Virus record (IMG/VR): IMGVR_UViG_3300027621_000003
Location: 186,001-250,000 of that record
DNA length: 64,000 nt
Strand: one strand, 5' to 3'
Shown: positions 28,477-37,384 of the stretch, one piece after another
How positions within the stretch are numbered: the stretch's first letter is position 1
How the letters are laid out: each line of letters starts with the position of its first letter
The notes under the pieces: model-generated
The model's database searches: none
Told to the model about the DNA's origin: nothing
The model's input: only the letters and a program-made list of their open reading frames with translations
Translations under genes and position numbers: made by a program

Positions 28477-28513
28477 AATACAAAGATACAATTAGTTTTT
28501 GAATTACCAAACT

Positions 28514-29539
28514 TTATTTTTCAGATAACAAGAATTTATTTGATATTGCTTTGAAAGAAATTGTGTTATCCAAAGAACGAACCACAACACCTTCACGTTC
28601 TGCAAGTTTGTTTAAACGAGATTTGTCTTCAGCCAATTTTACCATCCCTTCAACCGTTTCAGGTAATAAGAATGCTACATCTAAAATTGGTACAGATAAT
28701 AATTCTAACTCATCCAATAAGATTAAGAAGTCATTAATGGTCATTCTTGTTTGTGTATCAATATCAAACCCATTGAAGAAATGAACTGTTTGTCCTTTGA
28801 TTTTGTATGGGTTACCTTGGATACCTTCACCAATCAACTCACCTTGTAAACAAATGTTTCCTTTGATTTTGAATTTGTTTTCCAAGTCAAGTTCACGGGC
28901 AACTTTCCAAAAAGTATTTCCTTCAGTTTCAAGTAATTCCAAATTACGAGAACATACACCAAACTCACCCTCATTCATATAAAATGTTGCAGATGAACCA
29001 TCCAACTTTTCAGTCATGTAAAACTGATGCTCAGATGTTAGTTTATATTCTTCATACTCCTTAACCAAGTTCTGAACCCTTTCTTCATCTGTCTTACGTA
29101 AGAAAGATGGGAACCCACCTTTTACTTTACCAGATAGTTCGGCAGGAATTGGTGGTTCGTATTTCACAATACCCAACATTTCAGTTACATCCAAACCTTC
29201 AGGTAAATCGTGTCCTGTTGCAAATTGTGTGATTGGAACAACACTGATTGGAAGAATAAGTCCTTGAGATAATTGACCACGAAGTCTAATTGTCTTCAAT
29301 CTGAAACCTTCTTGGTCACCCATTTTCTTGTAAGATGATTTACGTAAAAACTCAAACTCTTCCTTGATAGGTAAGAATGAATCAATCTCACAATACACCA
29401 CACTGTTTCCCACTTTATGTTCAACATCTTTGGCCACAACAACATTCCAACCACCTACAATGGCTATTTCAATTTTGTCTGCACCTTCAATAGGTCGGAT
29501 GTCAGTAATTTTTCTAATAGTTGCTAATTTTCTTTCCAT
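28514..29539 (-). CDS. RNA ligase, DRB0094/Rnl2-like family
   Basis: RKLATIRKI..I.PIEGADKIE N-terminal domain; KTDEERVQN; EKLDGSS; GELIG; EGVV; FKAIS. Confidence 0.9.
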   Translation of the reverse strand: MERKLATIRKITDIRPIEGADKIEIAIVGGWNVVVAKDVEHKVGNSVVYCEIDSFLPIKEEFEFLRKSSYKKMGDQEGFRLKTIRLRGQLSQGLILPISVVPITQFATGHDLPEGLDVTEMLGIVKYEPPIPAELSGKVKGGFPSFLRKTDEERVQNLVKEYEEYKLTSEHQFYMTEKLDGSSATFYMNEGEFGVCSRNLELLETEGNTFWKVARELDLENKFKIKGNICLQGELIGEGIQGNPYKIKGQTVHFFNGFDIDTQTRMTINDFLILLDELELLSVPILDVAFLLPETVEGMVKLAEDKSRLNKLAEREGVVVRSLDNTISFKAISNKFLLSEK

Positions 29540-29543
29540 ATTT

Positions 29544-29726
29544 TTAATCTTTTCCAAAAGTATAACCAATCATAAATCCGTGTATCCAATATGTCTTTTC
29601 ATTGTCATCACCTTGATTATCCATCTCATCCCAAGTTTGTTCCGCCAATTTTTGAACTTTGAACTTTGTGTCCTTTCTTTCTTCTACGGCTTCGGGACTC
29701 AAATCAACTAACGGTTTATTTTTCAT
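29544..29726 (-). CDS. Small hypothetical protein
   Basis: Start corrected (TATCTTTG at 29731-29738). Confidence 0.55.
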   Translation of the reverse strand: MKNKPLVDLSPEAVEERKDTKFKVQKLAEQTWDEMDNQGDDNEKTYWIHGFMIGYTFGKD

Positions 29727-29774
29727 GAAACAAAGATACAAAAAATATTTCTAATTGACAAGGTATTTATTGAT

Positions 29775-30269
29775 ATGATTGGTATCACACCTAAAGAAAA
29801 AATGTTAGTTAGTGTTTTGGTAAAAATATATTCCAAAGAACAACTTGAGGAGGAACTAAATGATATTTTAGAAACTATTGACAGTTCAAAGTTAGTTCGT
29901 GGAGCCGCAAAGTTAATCGGTATTAATGCAAATGAAATTAGTAGAATTGGATTACAATATCTTAATTATGCCGTTGATAATTACGAAAAAATTAAAAACA
30001 AAGAATATCCTGAAGATATTGAAAGGGTACAACAAGTTTATTTTTATGCTGATGAAAGTGAAAATGTAGTAATGTTTAGTAGAAAAAGAGTTAGTATTAA
30101 TACTTTACCAAAATATATAGACCAAGTTGAGGACCATGTATATAATAATTTTTATGAATACGACCCAGATACTTTAGATGTTGATTACGGTGATGGTGAC
30201 CTTATAAGTTTTGAACCTGACAAAGAAATGATAACCATATTGGATATTTCTAATAACGTGTTAAATTAA
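29775..30269 (+). CDS. Hypothetical protein
   Basis: TATTTAT at 29764-29770. Confidence 0.7.
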   Translation: MIGITPKEKMLVSVLVKIYSKEQLEEELNDILETIDSSKLVRGAAKLIGINANEISRIGLQYLNYAVDNYEKIKNKEYPEDIERVQQVYFYADESENVVMFSRKRVSINTLPKYIDQVEDHVYNNFYEYDPDTLDVDYGDGDLISFEPDKEMITILDISNNVLN

Positions 30270-30270
30270 A

Positions 30271-30295
30271 AACCCCCAACTTTCGCTGAGGGTTT
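30271..30295 (-). terminator. Repeated terminator hairpin, copy 2 of 3
   Basis: See 27173-27196. Confidence 0.7.
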
Positions 30296-30317
30296 CATTA
30301 TCAAAGTTTTATTAAGT

Positions 30318-32069
30318 TTATTTAGTTACCACAACTTGGTAAACAATATTGTTATTACCACCTTGTATGTGGAAGAAATACAATCCACTATTCAAATCTG
30401 ATAAGTTTACATTTACAAAGTTATTGCCTGAAATAACACTCATTGTTGTCATTTTTCTAACCATTCTGCCGTTTAAATCCGTCACGAATACATCAGCGTT
30501 GAATGATTGTGTTGATGTGAATTCAACTGTATATTCACCGTTTGTTGGGTTAGGATAAGCACTTACTGATTTAACTTTACCAACTACTTTAACTTGAGTT
30601 ACACCATAAAAACCTAAAACACCATATTCAAAGTTTGGTAGTATGTTTAAATCTGCTGGTCTAAAATCAGGTGCTGTAAAGTTATTTGTATTAACTAAGA
30701 AACCTGGTTTGAAAGTATTTGTATCAATTGTATTATTGTTTATTGAATTACGAATCCAACTATCCAATACGGTTACATTACTACCTGAACTAACCTCAGC
30801 CAAACCTGTATTGGTTGTTCCGACAGGTGCGGATGCTTTAACACCATAGATGTAGTTGTTTCTAAACAAATTATTTTTGTCTGAAATTGTTTTTGATTTA
30901 ACACCTGAGTTAACCAATACTGAATCACCATCAAACATCACAAAGTTTCTATAACCCATAAAGATTGAGTTAACAATACTCAAACGAGAGTTTCTACGAA
31001 TTCTTATTCCACGTCTGAACGCTCCTTTTTGTGTTATTGATAATTGAGACCAAGTCATACCTGCAGGTATTGGACCAACACAAGTCATGTTTGAAAATAC
31101 TGCTGTTGTTAAAGGTAATCTTCCCGAACCTGATGCGTCATTGTCCGACTCAAATGTTTCTGAAGTTGATGCTCCTGATGATGAGTTCCAAGACAAATCA
31201 TAGTAAGATGAATCTTTAAAAGAAATACCGAACTGAACTGCTCCACGATATCCAAAGTCAGTATCAAAATCGTCATCAGTTGTTTTGAATGAAATCAAAT
31301 GTTTACAATTAACTGTTCCACCAAACCATTCATATGAATCATCACCTGAGAATGATACCTGTACATTATTGATAGTTGTGTTTCTTCCAACAGAACAAAA
31401 TGTTAATCCGTTGATTTCTTTGTTTGGTTCAAATGCAACACCACCAAATTCAATTCTTAAATTATTAATTGAACCGCTGTTGTCATCATCATTGATTCCA
31501 CCGTGTTTTGCTAATGTGTTATCCAAAGCCACGTTATTGAAACCTTCCATTTGAATGTCAGTTCCCTGATTGTTAATTGCTTTACCACACAACACTAATC
31601 CACCCCAATCCCCTCTGTCACGAGAACCAATTGGTTTTGCTGATGTTAAAACAACTGGATTAGTTACCGTTCCATCAATCTGAATGTAACCACCTCTTTC
31701 AACAACAATTGTTGCGTATTGTTTTGGTGATGATTGTGAGTTTGATTGTCCACGAATAATTGTACCAGCAGGGATAATTAATTTACCACCGTTTCTAACC
31801 ACAACCAAACTACGTAACAAATAAACCTTTGATGGGTCCAATGTAATAGTTGCTGTGATGTTAACTTCACCTGTTGGATTAGTCAAAGTGTTTGTATCAC
31901 TTACAGTTCCATAGGTTGTATTTTTAGGGTCCCATTGGGTCCAACTCTTTGTCCAATCTTTTGATGAGTTTGATTCAAGAGCTCCGATGTGATTTACTTT
32001 CTCAAAGAATTGAGCGTTTGCCGTTAAACACATAACAGCCGATAATAGAATGAATACTATTTTTTTCAT
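30318..32069 (-). CDS. T9SS type A CTD (Por secretion tail) secreted beta-helix-like protein
   Basis: Signal peptide ending ANA-Q; GDWGGLVLCG, EINGLT and DDSYEWFGGTVN; C-terminal YPNP...DLNGR...LNSGLYF. Confidence 0.85.
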   Translation of the reverse strand: MKKIVFILLSAVMCLTANAQFFEKVNHIGALESNSSKDWTKSWTQWDPKNTTYGTVSDTNTLTNPTGEVNITATITLDPSKVYLLRSLVVVRNGGKLIIPAGTIIRGQSNSQSSPKQYATIVVERGGYIQIDGTVTNPVVLTSAKPIGSRDRGDWGGLVLCGKAINNQGTDIQMEGFNNVALDNTLAKHGGINDDDNSGSINNLRIEFGGVAFEPNKEINGLTFCSVGRNTTINNVQVSFSGDDSYEWFGGTVNCKHLISFKTTDDDFDTDFGYRGAVQFGISFKDSSYYDLSWNSSSGASTSETFESDNDASGSGRLPLTTAVFSNMTCVGPIPAGMTWSQLSITQKGAFRRGIRIRRNSRLSIVNSIFMGYRNFVMFDGDSVLVNSGVKSKTISDKNNLFRNNYIYGVKASAPVGTTNTGLAEVSSGSNVTVLDSWIRNSINNNTIDTNTFKPGFLVNTNNFTAPDFRPADLNILPNFEYGVLGFYGVTQVKVVGKVKSVSAYPNPTNGEYTVEFTSTQSFNADVFVTDLNGRMVRKMTTMSVISGNNFVNVNLSDLNSGLYFFHIQGGNNNIVYQVVVTK

Positions 32070-32149
32070 ATTTTTTATTTTGTTCCCAATAAGTAGTAAA
32101 TTTTGGTCAGATAGTTGTTAATACAATATTAAGGTTAAGTTAAATAAAA

Positions 32150-32174
32150 AACCCCCAACTTTCGATGAGGGTTT
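32150..32174 (-). terminator. Repeated terminator hairpin, copy 3 of 3
   Basis: See 27173-27196. Confidence 0.7.
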
Positions 32175-32350
32175 ATGTGAATGTCCGTGTAATTAAATCT
32201 TTAAATAAGTTTTAACAGTTAAGTTTTGTTCCGTTTGACAAGTTGAACTTCTGAGTCTGTTGAGTTCTAATCAGTTTCAATTATCGGTTTTCAGTTGTGT
32301 AAAGTAGGATACCCTACCCAATTTAATCCACTGACAACAAACACAATATC
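32175..32350 (-). ncRNA. Putative 3' RNA element with short AAC(T/C)NA-type repeats
   Basis: ORF-free trailer between the stop of 32351-32815 and the terminator; contains aactgaa, aactgat, aactcaa, gactcag, aacttaa and aacttat. Confidence 0.35.
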
Positions 32351-32815
32351 TTAATTAGCCAATAGAGTGACTACGTTATGCGTATCCAACTCAGATTGAA
32401 GTGCATCAATCGCTGACTCATAATGTTCAATCATTTGGTCTCTTTGAACCTCAGTAATAACTGTGGTCAGTTGACGGTTTGATACATCACCGTAACGACT
32501 AAGAACAACAGTTCCTTCAGTACAGTTCATATTTTTCAACCACTTAACAAATGATTTGTATTCTGCCATACGGAAAATCTTATCATAAACTTTTATGTTT
32601 GCGGTATGAATTGATGTTTTCAATGAAATCAATTGTTCCATCACATCAATTGCTTGATTCAAACTTTCTTCAGGATTATATGAGCGAACAGCTCCATTAT
32701 CCACTGAGTTATACTTTTCAGTTCTTACCATCAAATCGGTTATTTTCTTCGCCAATTTGTTCTTTTCTTTAAGTCCGTCCTTAATAGTCATTTTGAGTGC
32801 TTCTTTAATGTTCAT
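32351..32815 (-). CDS. Coiled-coil protein, DIP1984/DUF6847-like
   Basis: MxIxEAL...LKTSIHTAN...IDALQSELDTHN pattern. Confidence 0.6.
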   Translation of the reverse strand: MNIKEALKMTIKDGLKEKNKLAKKITDLMVRTEKYNSVDNGAVRSYNPEESLNQAIDVMEQLISLKTSIHTANIKVYDKIFRMAEYKSFVKWLKNMNCTEGTVVLSRYGDVSNRQLTTVITEVQRDQMIEHYESAIDALQSELDTHNVVTLLAN

Positions 32816-32852
32816 ATGTTAAATTATATTATATATTTTTTGTATTGTCAAA

Positions 32853-33047
32853 TTACCAACTATCTATATCTGTAAAATCTTTTTCTACTTTAGCCGCATG
32901 ACTATAAACTCTTATCCCTACACCAATACCATTTGGTGTGAACGTAAAGTCAAATAAACCATATTCACCATAAACCTTTTTGATGGCATCTTGCCACTCT
33001 TTGATTTCGGTTTCTTCTTTTTCATTTAATTCAAATTTTGTAATCAT
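32853..33047 (-). CDS. Small conserved phage protein
   Basis: FTFTPNGIG...DFTDIDSW. Confidence 0.65.
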   Translation of the reverse strand: MITKFELNEKEETEIKEWQDAIKKVYGEYGLFDFTFTPNGIGVGIRVYSHAAKVEKDFTDIDSW

Positions 33048-33448
33048 AATTTTACCTCAAACCTATCTTTCATTATTTGTAATTTATCCTCAGGGACATT
33101 GTGTTGATTAACACCACCGTGTCTGTTCTCCACTATGATACTGAACACACGATAACCGTATTGGTTTGCCAATTCATAATAAGCATCCATTTCCCATGCT
33201 TGAGTGAATGTATTAGATACAACAATGTCTGAGTTATCCAAACCAGCTGTAACATGGTTGTTAATCATTGCAAGTTCAATTTGTGATTGACACCATTCAT
33301 GAGCCTTTCTTAATTTGGTTGGGTCAAACTTGTATTCACCTTCAACCATGAAAAAGGTATCGGTCTCAAAGTGAGAATCACCAAGTTGTTTTGCCAATGT
33401 GGACTTACCTGCGCCAGGGATTCCACGTAATAGATATAAATTTTTCAT
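33044..33448 (-). CDS. P-loop kinase (AAA_33/polynucleotide kinase-like)
   Basis: LLRGIPGAGKST, AHEWCQ, VVSNTF and HNVP. Confidence 0.85.
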   Translation of the reverse strand: MKNLYLLRGIPGAGKSTLAKQLGDSHFETDTFFMVEGEYKFDPTKLRKAHEWCQSQIELAMINNHVTAGLDNSDIVVSNTFTQAWEMDAYYELANQYGYRVFSIIVENRHGGVNQHNVPEDKLQIMKDRFEVKL

Positions 33449-33622
33449 ATTAGTCCATGTCTTTTTCTTGGGAACCATTGGTTGTTGGACCAACTAACCC
33501 AGCCTTAATACAATCATGCATACCCTCTTCAAGGTCTTTGATTTTCTTTTCCATTGGTCTGTACCACTCAAAATAAGTTAGCACTATACCAATCCACGTA
33601 CCGATTACTATATATAATAATG

Positions 33623-34663
33623 TCATAATTTTTTAAATTCAGGTTTTAATATATTCCATATCAATTTATCATAAGGTTTTCCATCCCACATTGCAAACAT
33701 GACCGCTCTATAAGGTGGATGTCCGTTTTCCATAACATGTTGAGCAAACTCTTTCTTGGTTGGTTCAACTTCTCTATCACTATACTTTCCATATCGGAAG
33801 TTATAGTGAGCCTTTCCACAATATTCATCTACTTGAAGGTATCCATAACTCAAATTACCAGCATATCCTTTTACTTTAGCATAGAACTCATCAGGTACAT
33901 CCTTCAAGAACTCATTGATGTCACCACCATTAGCCAAGAACTCCCATACACCAGTGGTAGATACATTTGTCATTATCTTATGAAGACGCAAATATTCCTC
34001 ACCTTTGATTTTCATTCGGTCTCCGTTAGAGAAACGAACAACGAACCCTTCAGTGTTCTGTTCAACTTTACCCTTTAATTCGGAATAATCCCTAATTCCA
34101 TCGTATTTTTTAACAATATCAAACCCTTCATACAATTCATTGTGTGGGAGTTCTTCACCAGTCTCAGTGTTGATTACACCAAGTAAAACCAAACGCTCCT
34201 CACCATTGTAGTCAACCACGATTCTGTTCTCAGGATAGATTATTTCAAACAAATAAGTGAACCTATCTACTATGATGTCTTGGTAGTTGTGCTTTATAGC
34301 AAAGTCGGTCATCCACTTTGATTGGTCAGAAGTAAATGAACCACGAGTGGCACATATCATCTCACCATTGTACTTGAACATGATTCCCAATGAACCATCC
34401 ATCTTATCAAATACCTCAAACTCAGATGTTGCTACGTGTTTGTTCTCCTCTAAGTTGAAGAACTTTTTGAATGGTCGGGCAACAACATTACCTCTGTTGT
34501 CTGTAACCAATCCACGACATGTCAATGTAACATCATCCCATAACTCACCGAACTGAACGTTAGGTGTATAGTTCCATATGGATAATGGCAAACTACGGTG
34601 TGTCTGTTTGAACAACAAACCCCTCTTTGTGTAGTCGTCTAATGTAACCATTGGAAATTTCAT
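33623..34663 (-). CDS. T4 Rnl1-like RNA ligase
   Basis: CRGLV..VVARPFKKFFN; KMDGSL; ATRGSF; FEIIYPENRIVV; EGFVV; KIKGEEY. Confidence 0.9.
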   Translation of the reverse strand: MKFPMVTLDDYTKRGLLFKQTHRSLPLSIWNYTPNVQFGELWDDVTLTCRGLVTDNRGNVVARPFKKFFNLEENKHVATSEFEVFDKMDGSLGIMFKYNGEMICATRGSFTSDQSKWMTDFAIKHNYQDIIVDRFTYLFEIIYPENRIVVDYNGEERLVLLGVINTETGEELPHNELYEGFDIVKKYDGIRDYSELKGKVEQNTEGFVVRFSNGDRMKIKGEEYLRLHKIMTNVSTTGVWEFLANGGDINEFLKDVPDEFYAKVKGYAGNLSYGYLQVDEYCGKAHYNFRYGKYSDREVEPTKKEFAQHVMENGHPPYRAVMFAMWDGKPYDKLIWNILKPEFKKL

Positions 34664-34705
34664 AGTACAAAGATACAATTAATTTTTGATTATTTCATTT
34701 TTATT

Positions 34706-35251
34706 TTAATCTTTCACTCTAAATTGAATTGTAATCCTGTGATATCCTTTCCAAGCACTCTTGATAACTGTAGTCCTAAACTCAAGGTTCTCAATCGGAA
34801 TAAAACCATCTAAAGTAACAATACCAATACTATTCTCAGTCATCTTCTTGATAATGGTATCAAACGTACCGTTCTTACAATTCAACTCGTAAAACTCATC
34901 AACAAACCTATTGTACTCCTGAAGACCAATCTTGTTAAGGTTACTCCTTGTTGCAACCTTAAAATAAGGTTCAGAATACAATGTCCACGTTGATAACTTC
35001 TTCTTAATATATCTCTTAGCATCTGCGGTCTTGGTACTGTCCATCTTAGAAATCAAATCCCACTTCTTGAATGTAGAATTCTCCATCAAATAGAACTTAT
35101 GTACATCAAACCCAACACTCTTAATCCTCTCATAAACATTCCTACCCTCACCTGTCCAAACAAACGATGGTTTGGTTGGGTTCTTAACCCATTCCACATC
35201 GGAAATACTATCTTCAAATTCTTGACCTGTCCTTACACGAGTCTGTTTCAT
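34706..35251 (-). CDS. Hypothetical protein, possible PD-(D/E)xK nuclease
   Basis: GQEFE...WD...ADAK pattern; lies next to a methyltransferase. Confidence 0.4.
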   Translation of the reverse strand: MKQTRVRTGQEFEDSISDVEWVKNPTKPSFVWTGEGRNVYERIKSVGFDVHKFYLMENSTFKKWDLISKMDSTKTADAKRYIKKKLSTWTLYSEPYFKVATRSNLNKIGLQEYNRFVDEFYELNCKNGTFDTIIKKMTENSIGIVTLDGFIPIENLEFRTTVIKSAWKGYHRITIQFRVKD

Positions 35252-35274
35252 AATTCAAATATAAAAATAAAAAT

Positions 35275-36072
35275 TTAAAATATTTTAATTTGACTATTTT
35301 TTTTATCGTAATCTTCAAGTCTTTTTATTGACATATCAATATACTCCTGATGTAATTCAATACCCAAACAATCTCTATTTAATTTTTTTGCCGATAACAA
35401 TGTAGTACCAGAACCTAAAAAAGGGTCCAATATCATATCACCAACAAAAGAATAATATTTAACAATTTTATCTGAAAGTTCTTCAGGATATGGTGCTAAA
35501 TGTTTTGAATGAGTTTCAGGGTTTATATACCAAACATTACTTCTTTCATATTCTTCAGTTACTAACGATTCTTTTAAAGTATCACCTGAGTATGAACGAA
35601 CTATTTTATCAATTAAAAAATTTGCCGGCTTTTGAAAGACAAATATTGTTTCTGACACTAAATTTGGTTTATAAGCAACAGGTTTTCTGTGTTGGAAAAA
35701 ACCACCATTTCTATTTATTGCCGAACCTTCTGGTTTAACCCACACGATATCTTCAAGATATTTCCAACCAATTTTTTCCATTATTGAAAAAAAATGAAAC
35801 GGTATTGGTAGTCTTTTACTTTCTGAGTTTCTATTGGCTCTTTGTACTATTACTGGTGATAAATTTACCACACACATACGACCATCTTTAGTTACTCTAA
35901 AAACTTCTAAGAAGACTTTTTCTAAAAAAATTAAATATTCATCGTATGTTGGCCATTGAGAATATGATTTTGCATTATAATATGGTGGTGATGTCCATGT
36001 TAAATGGATTGATGAATCTAATATTTCTTTTAACTTTAATTCACAATCACCTAAAATTATTTCATATTTCAT
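35275..36072 (-). CDS. DNA N4/N6 methyltransferase (beta class)
   Basis: TSPPY ... HLAPYP ... LDPFLGSGTT. Confidence 0.92.
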   Translation of the reverse strand: MKYEIILGDCELKLKEILDSSIHLTWTSPPYYNAKSYSQWPTYDEYLIFLEKVFLEVFRVTKDGRMCVVNLSPVIVQRANRNSESKRLPIPFHFFSIMEKIGWKYLEDIVWVKPEGSAINRNGGFFQHRKPVAYKPNLVSETIFVFQKPANFLIDKIVRSYSGDTLKESLVTEEYERSNVWYINPETHSKHLAPYPEELSDKIVKYYSFVGDMILDPFLGSGTTLLSAKKLNRDCLGIELHQEYIDMSIKRLEDYDKKNSQIKIF

Positions 36073-36497
36073 TAATTAAATTTTCTACCTGTTGGTTTAG
36101 TATTTGAACAGTCACCTTTTTCAATACTTTTACGATTATGACAAAGTTTACAATATGTTCTTACATTGTAAATATCATTATTGTTATGATTACCATCTAT
36201 ATGGTCTAAATCCAAACATCCTATTTCAAATCCAAACCAACTTTCTTTATTAGGTACTGGACATTTAAAACCTAAATGACCATCAATGTTCTCACAATAT
36301 TTTTTCTTATGAATTGTAATTCCTTCTCGGATTATACCTTTTTTTCTATCATTTTGACATTTAGAACATTCCGTTTTAAATGACCAATTAGACCAACTTC
36401 TTACAGCAACTTTATTTTCACAACCAACATTAATACATTTTGGTAATGTATTACCCATTTCATAAAATTTACGTTTTTGAATCTCAGAAATTTTCAT
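36072..36497 (-). CDS. HNH endonuclease
   Basis: LDLDHIDGNHNNN...N...CKLCH; zinc-binding Cys pairs. Confidence 0.8.
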   Translation of the reverse strand: MKISEIQKRKFYEMGNTLPKCINVGCENKVAVRSWSNWSFKTECSKCQNDRKKGIIREGITIHKKKYCENIDGHLGFKCPVPNKESWFGFEIGCLDLDHIDGNHNNNDIYNVRTYCKLCHNRKSIEKGDCSNTKPTGRKFN

Positions 36498-36570
36498 ACA
36501 TCAAAGATACAAATAAAAAGTAACATAAAAAAGAACCCCCCAACTTTTTATTGTTAGGGGAGTTACTTAA

Positions 36571-37308
36571 TTAGTTTTCCACATAAAATTCAAAACCTTG
36601 TAAACCAAAGTATTTAATGTGATTATTTATTCTTCTTACTTTTTCAACATTACTAGTGTTTGTCCAAACAACATAATTTCCAACCCAAACACTACAATTG
36701 TTCATTTTATTCTCTTCATAATCAAATCCAAGTTCTTCAATTGAAGTTGATATGTGTGGTTCACGAGTATCCAAATTATCCCATCCAACAATTTCAGCAA
36801 TCTTTGTCATACCCAAAACAAAAGTTTCTTTAGCATTTTCTTGAGTCATGTCTTCACCATTTAATTTAAAAACTACTCTTGACGGACTGTTACGTTTAAT
36901 AACACTAGTCATCTCACCTTTATCATTTTGTGAAATTGTTTTGTCCTCAGCGATTTTTTGAATCATATCAATTTCAACGGCCCCCATTAACTTGGTCAAT
37001 TTGCTAACACGACTATTTAATATTTCAATATCTGAAACATCAAACCATTCTGTAGTAATATTACGTCTATAATCGTACTGTTTTTCTACTCTATAATCTT
37101 CAAAACAAGTATGTAAAATACTTTCCAATTGTGACATTTCTTCAGTTTCAAAAACACGAACAAATGTTACATCAAAAGGTAAATGGGTAGAATTTAATTG
37201 GGTCTCTCTCAATTTATATTGAATTGATTTACCAATTTTGTGATACCCGTTTACAAACTTACCACCATGGTCAATAATTCGTGCGATGTATACATATCCT
37301 TTATCCAT
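36571..37308 (-). CDS. GIY-YIG-superfamily (T5orf172/Mug113-like) nuclease
   Basis: GYVYI..KIGKS..R..QL..LE..LH...EWF; start corrected (TATCTTTG at 37313-37320). Confidence 0.8.
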   Translation of the reverse strand: MDKGYVYIARIIDHGGKFVNGYHKIGKSIQYKLRETQLNSTHLPFDVTFVRVFETEEMSQLESILHTCFEDYRVEKQYDYRRNITTEWFDVSDIEILNSRVSKLTKLMGAVEIDMIQKIAEDKTISQNDKGEMTSVIKRNSPSRVVFKLNGEDMTQENAKETFVLGMTKIAEIVGWDNLDTREPHISTSIEELGFDYEENKMNNCSVWVGNYVVWTNTSNVEKVRRINNHIKYFGLQGFEFYVEN

Positions 37309-37348
37309 ATAACAAAGATATGGAATAGTTTTAAAACCACCAAATATA

Positions 37349-37384
37349 AAAAAAAGAAACCCCAAATAATTTCTTATTCGGGGT
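37349..37384 (-). terminator. Terminator of the large ncRNA
   Basis: Minus strand ACCCCGAATAA-GAAA-TTATTTGGGGT followed by TTCTTTTTTT. Confidence 0.75.

Noticed and set aside
2730-37365. Recurring 'YLC(I/C/T/F/Y/N)M' peptide near the N-termini of several ORF-track proteins
   Set aside because: It is the translation of the promoter element TA(T/C)CTTTGT; the true starts are the following Met.
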